64,000 bases of DNA from an uncultured delta proteobacterium (GTDB lineage: Bacteria; Myxococcota_A; Polyangia; Haliangiales; Haliangiaceae), in assembly GCA_963848295.1 (NCBI GenBank), contig CAWKDB010000010.1:4384001-4448000 (forward strand), written 5' to 3'. This document shows positions 59,125 to 64,000 of this stretch, piece after piece. The translations under genes were made by a program, and so were the position numbers. Each line of letters starts with the position of its first letter. Positions within the stretch are counted from its first letter, which is position 1. The notes beneath the pieces were generated by a model. It saw nothing but the letters and a program-made list of their open reading frames with translations. It was not told where the DNA came from and did not search any database.

Positions 59125-64000
<4,876 letters not shown>

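Overview
Very GC-rich, gene-dense bacterial DNA with myxobacterial hallmarks (MYXO-CTERM-like tails, Cys/Gly-rich lipoproteins, an ACIII-caa3 operon, a poly-HAMP kinase); the taxonomy is inferred. Main blocks: (1) an NAD salvage operon pncB-prs-nadE-nrtR with a visible NrtR-type operator, divergent from a PfkB kinase, with pncA nearby; (2) tamA-tamB, then a diheme cytochrome c with iorA-iorB-like molybdoenzyme genes; (3) pheA, a quinone oxidoreductase, hydrolases and an L,D-transpeptidase-like gene; (4) a ~15 kb operon for Alternative Complex III (actA,B,C,DE,F, G-like), SCO and an A2-type caa3 oxidase; (5) an amidase, an M28 peptidase, a TerB-like/PPP phosphatase fusion, a 2OG oxygenase, tandem beta-propeller paralogs, a methyltransferase and tyrA; (6) a divergent Coq4-like/TetR pair with three operators, an S8 protease and a truncated poly-HAMP hybrid kinase. 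Genes at ~4.2-7.1 kb and ~28.4-41.3 kb carry many frameshifts; those I checked are +1 insertions and look like sequencing errors. Most notable: a ~195-aa, 8-Cys domain inserted in oxidase subunit III; an 81-bp IS4-like MITE with a target-site duplication; an in-frame 81-nt insertion inside the L,D-transpeptidase gene; recurrent leaderless-type promoters, one bidirectional; and the TetR-controlled bacterial Coq4-like gene. I recognised no rRNA, tRNA or CRISPR-Cas.
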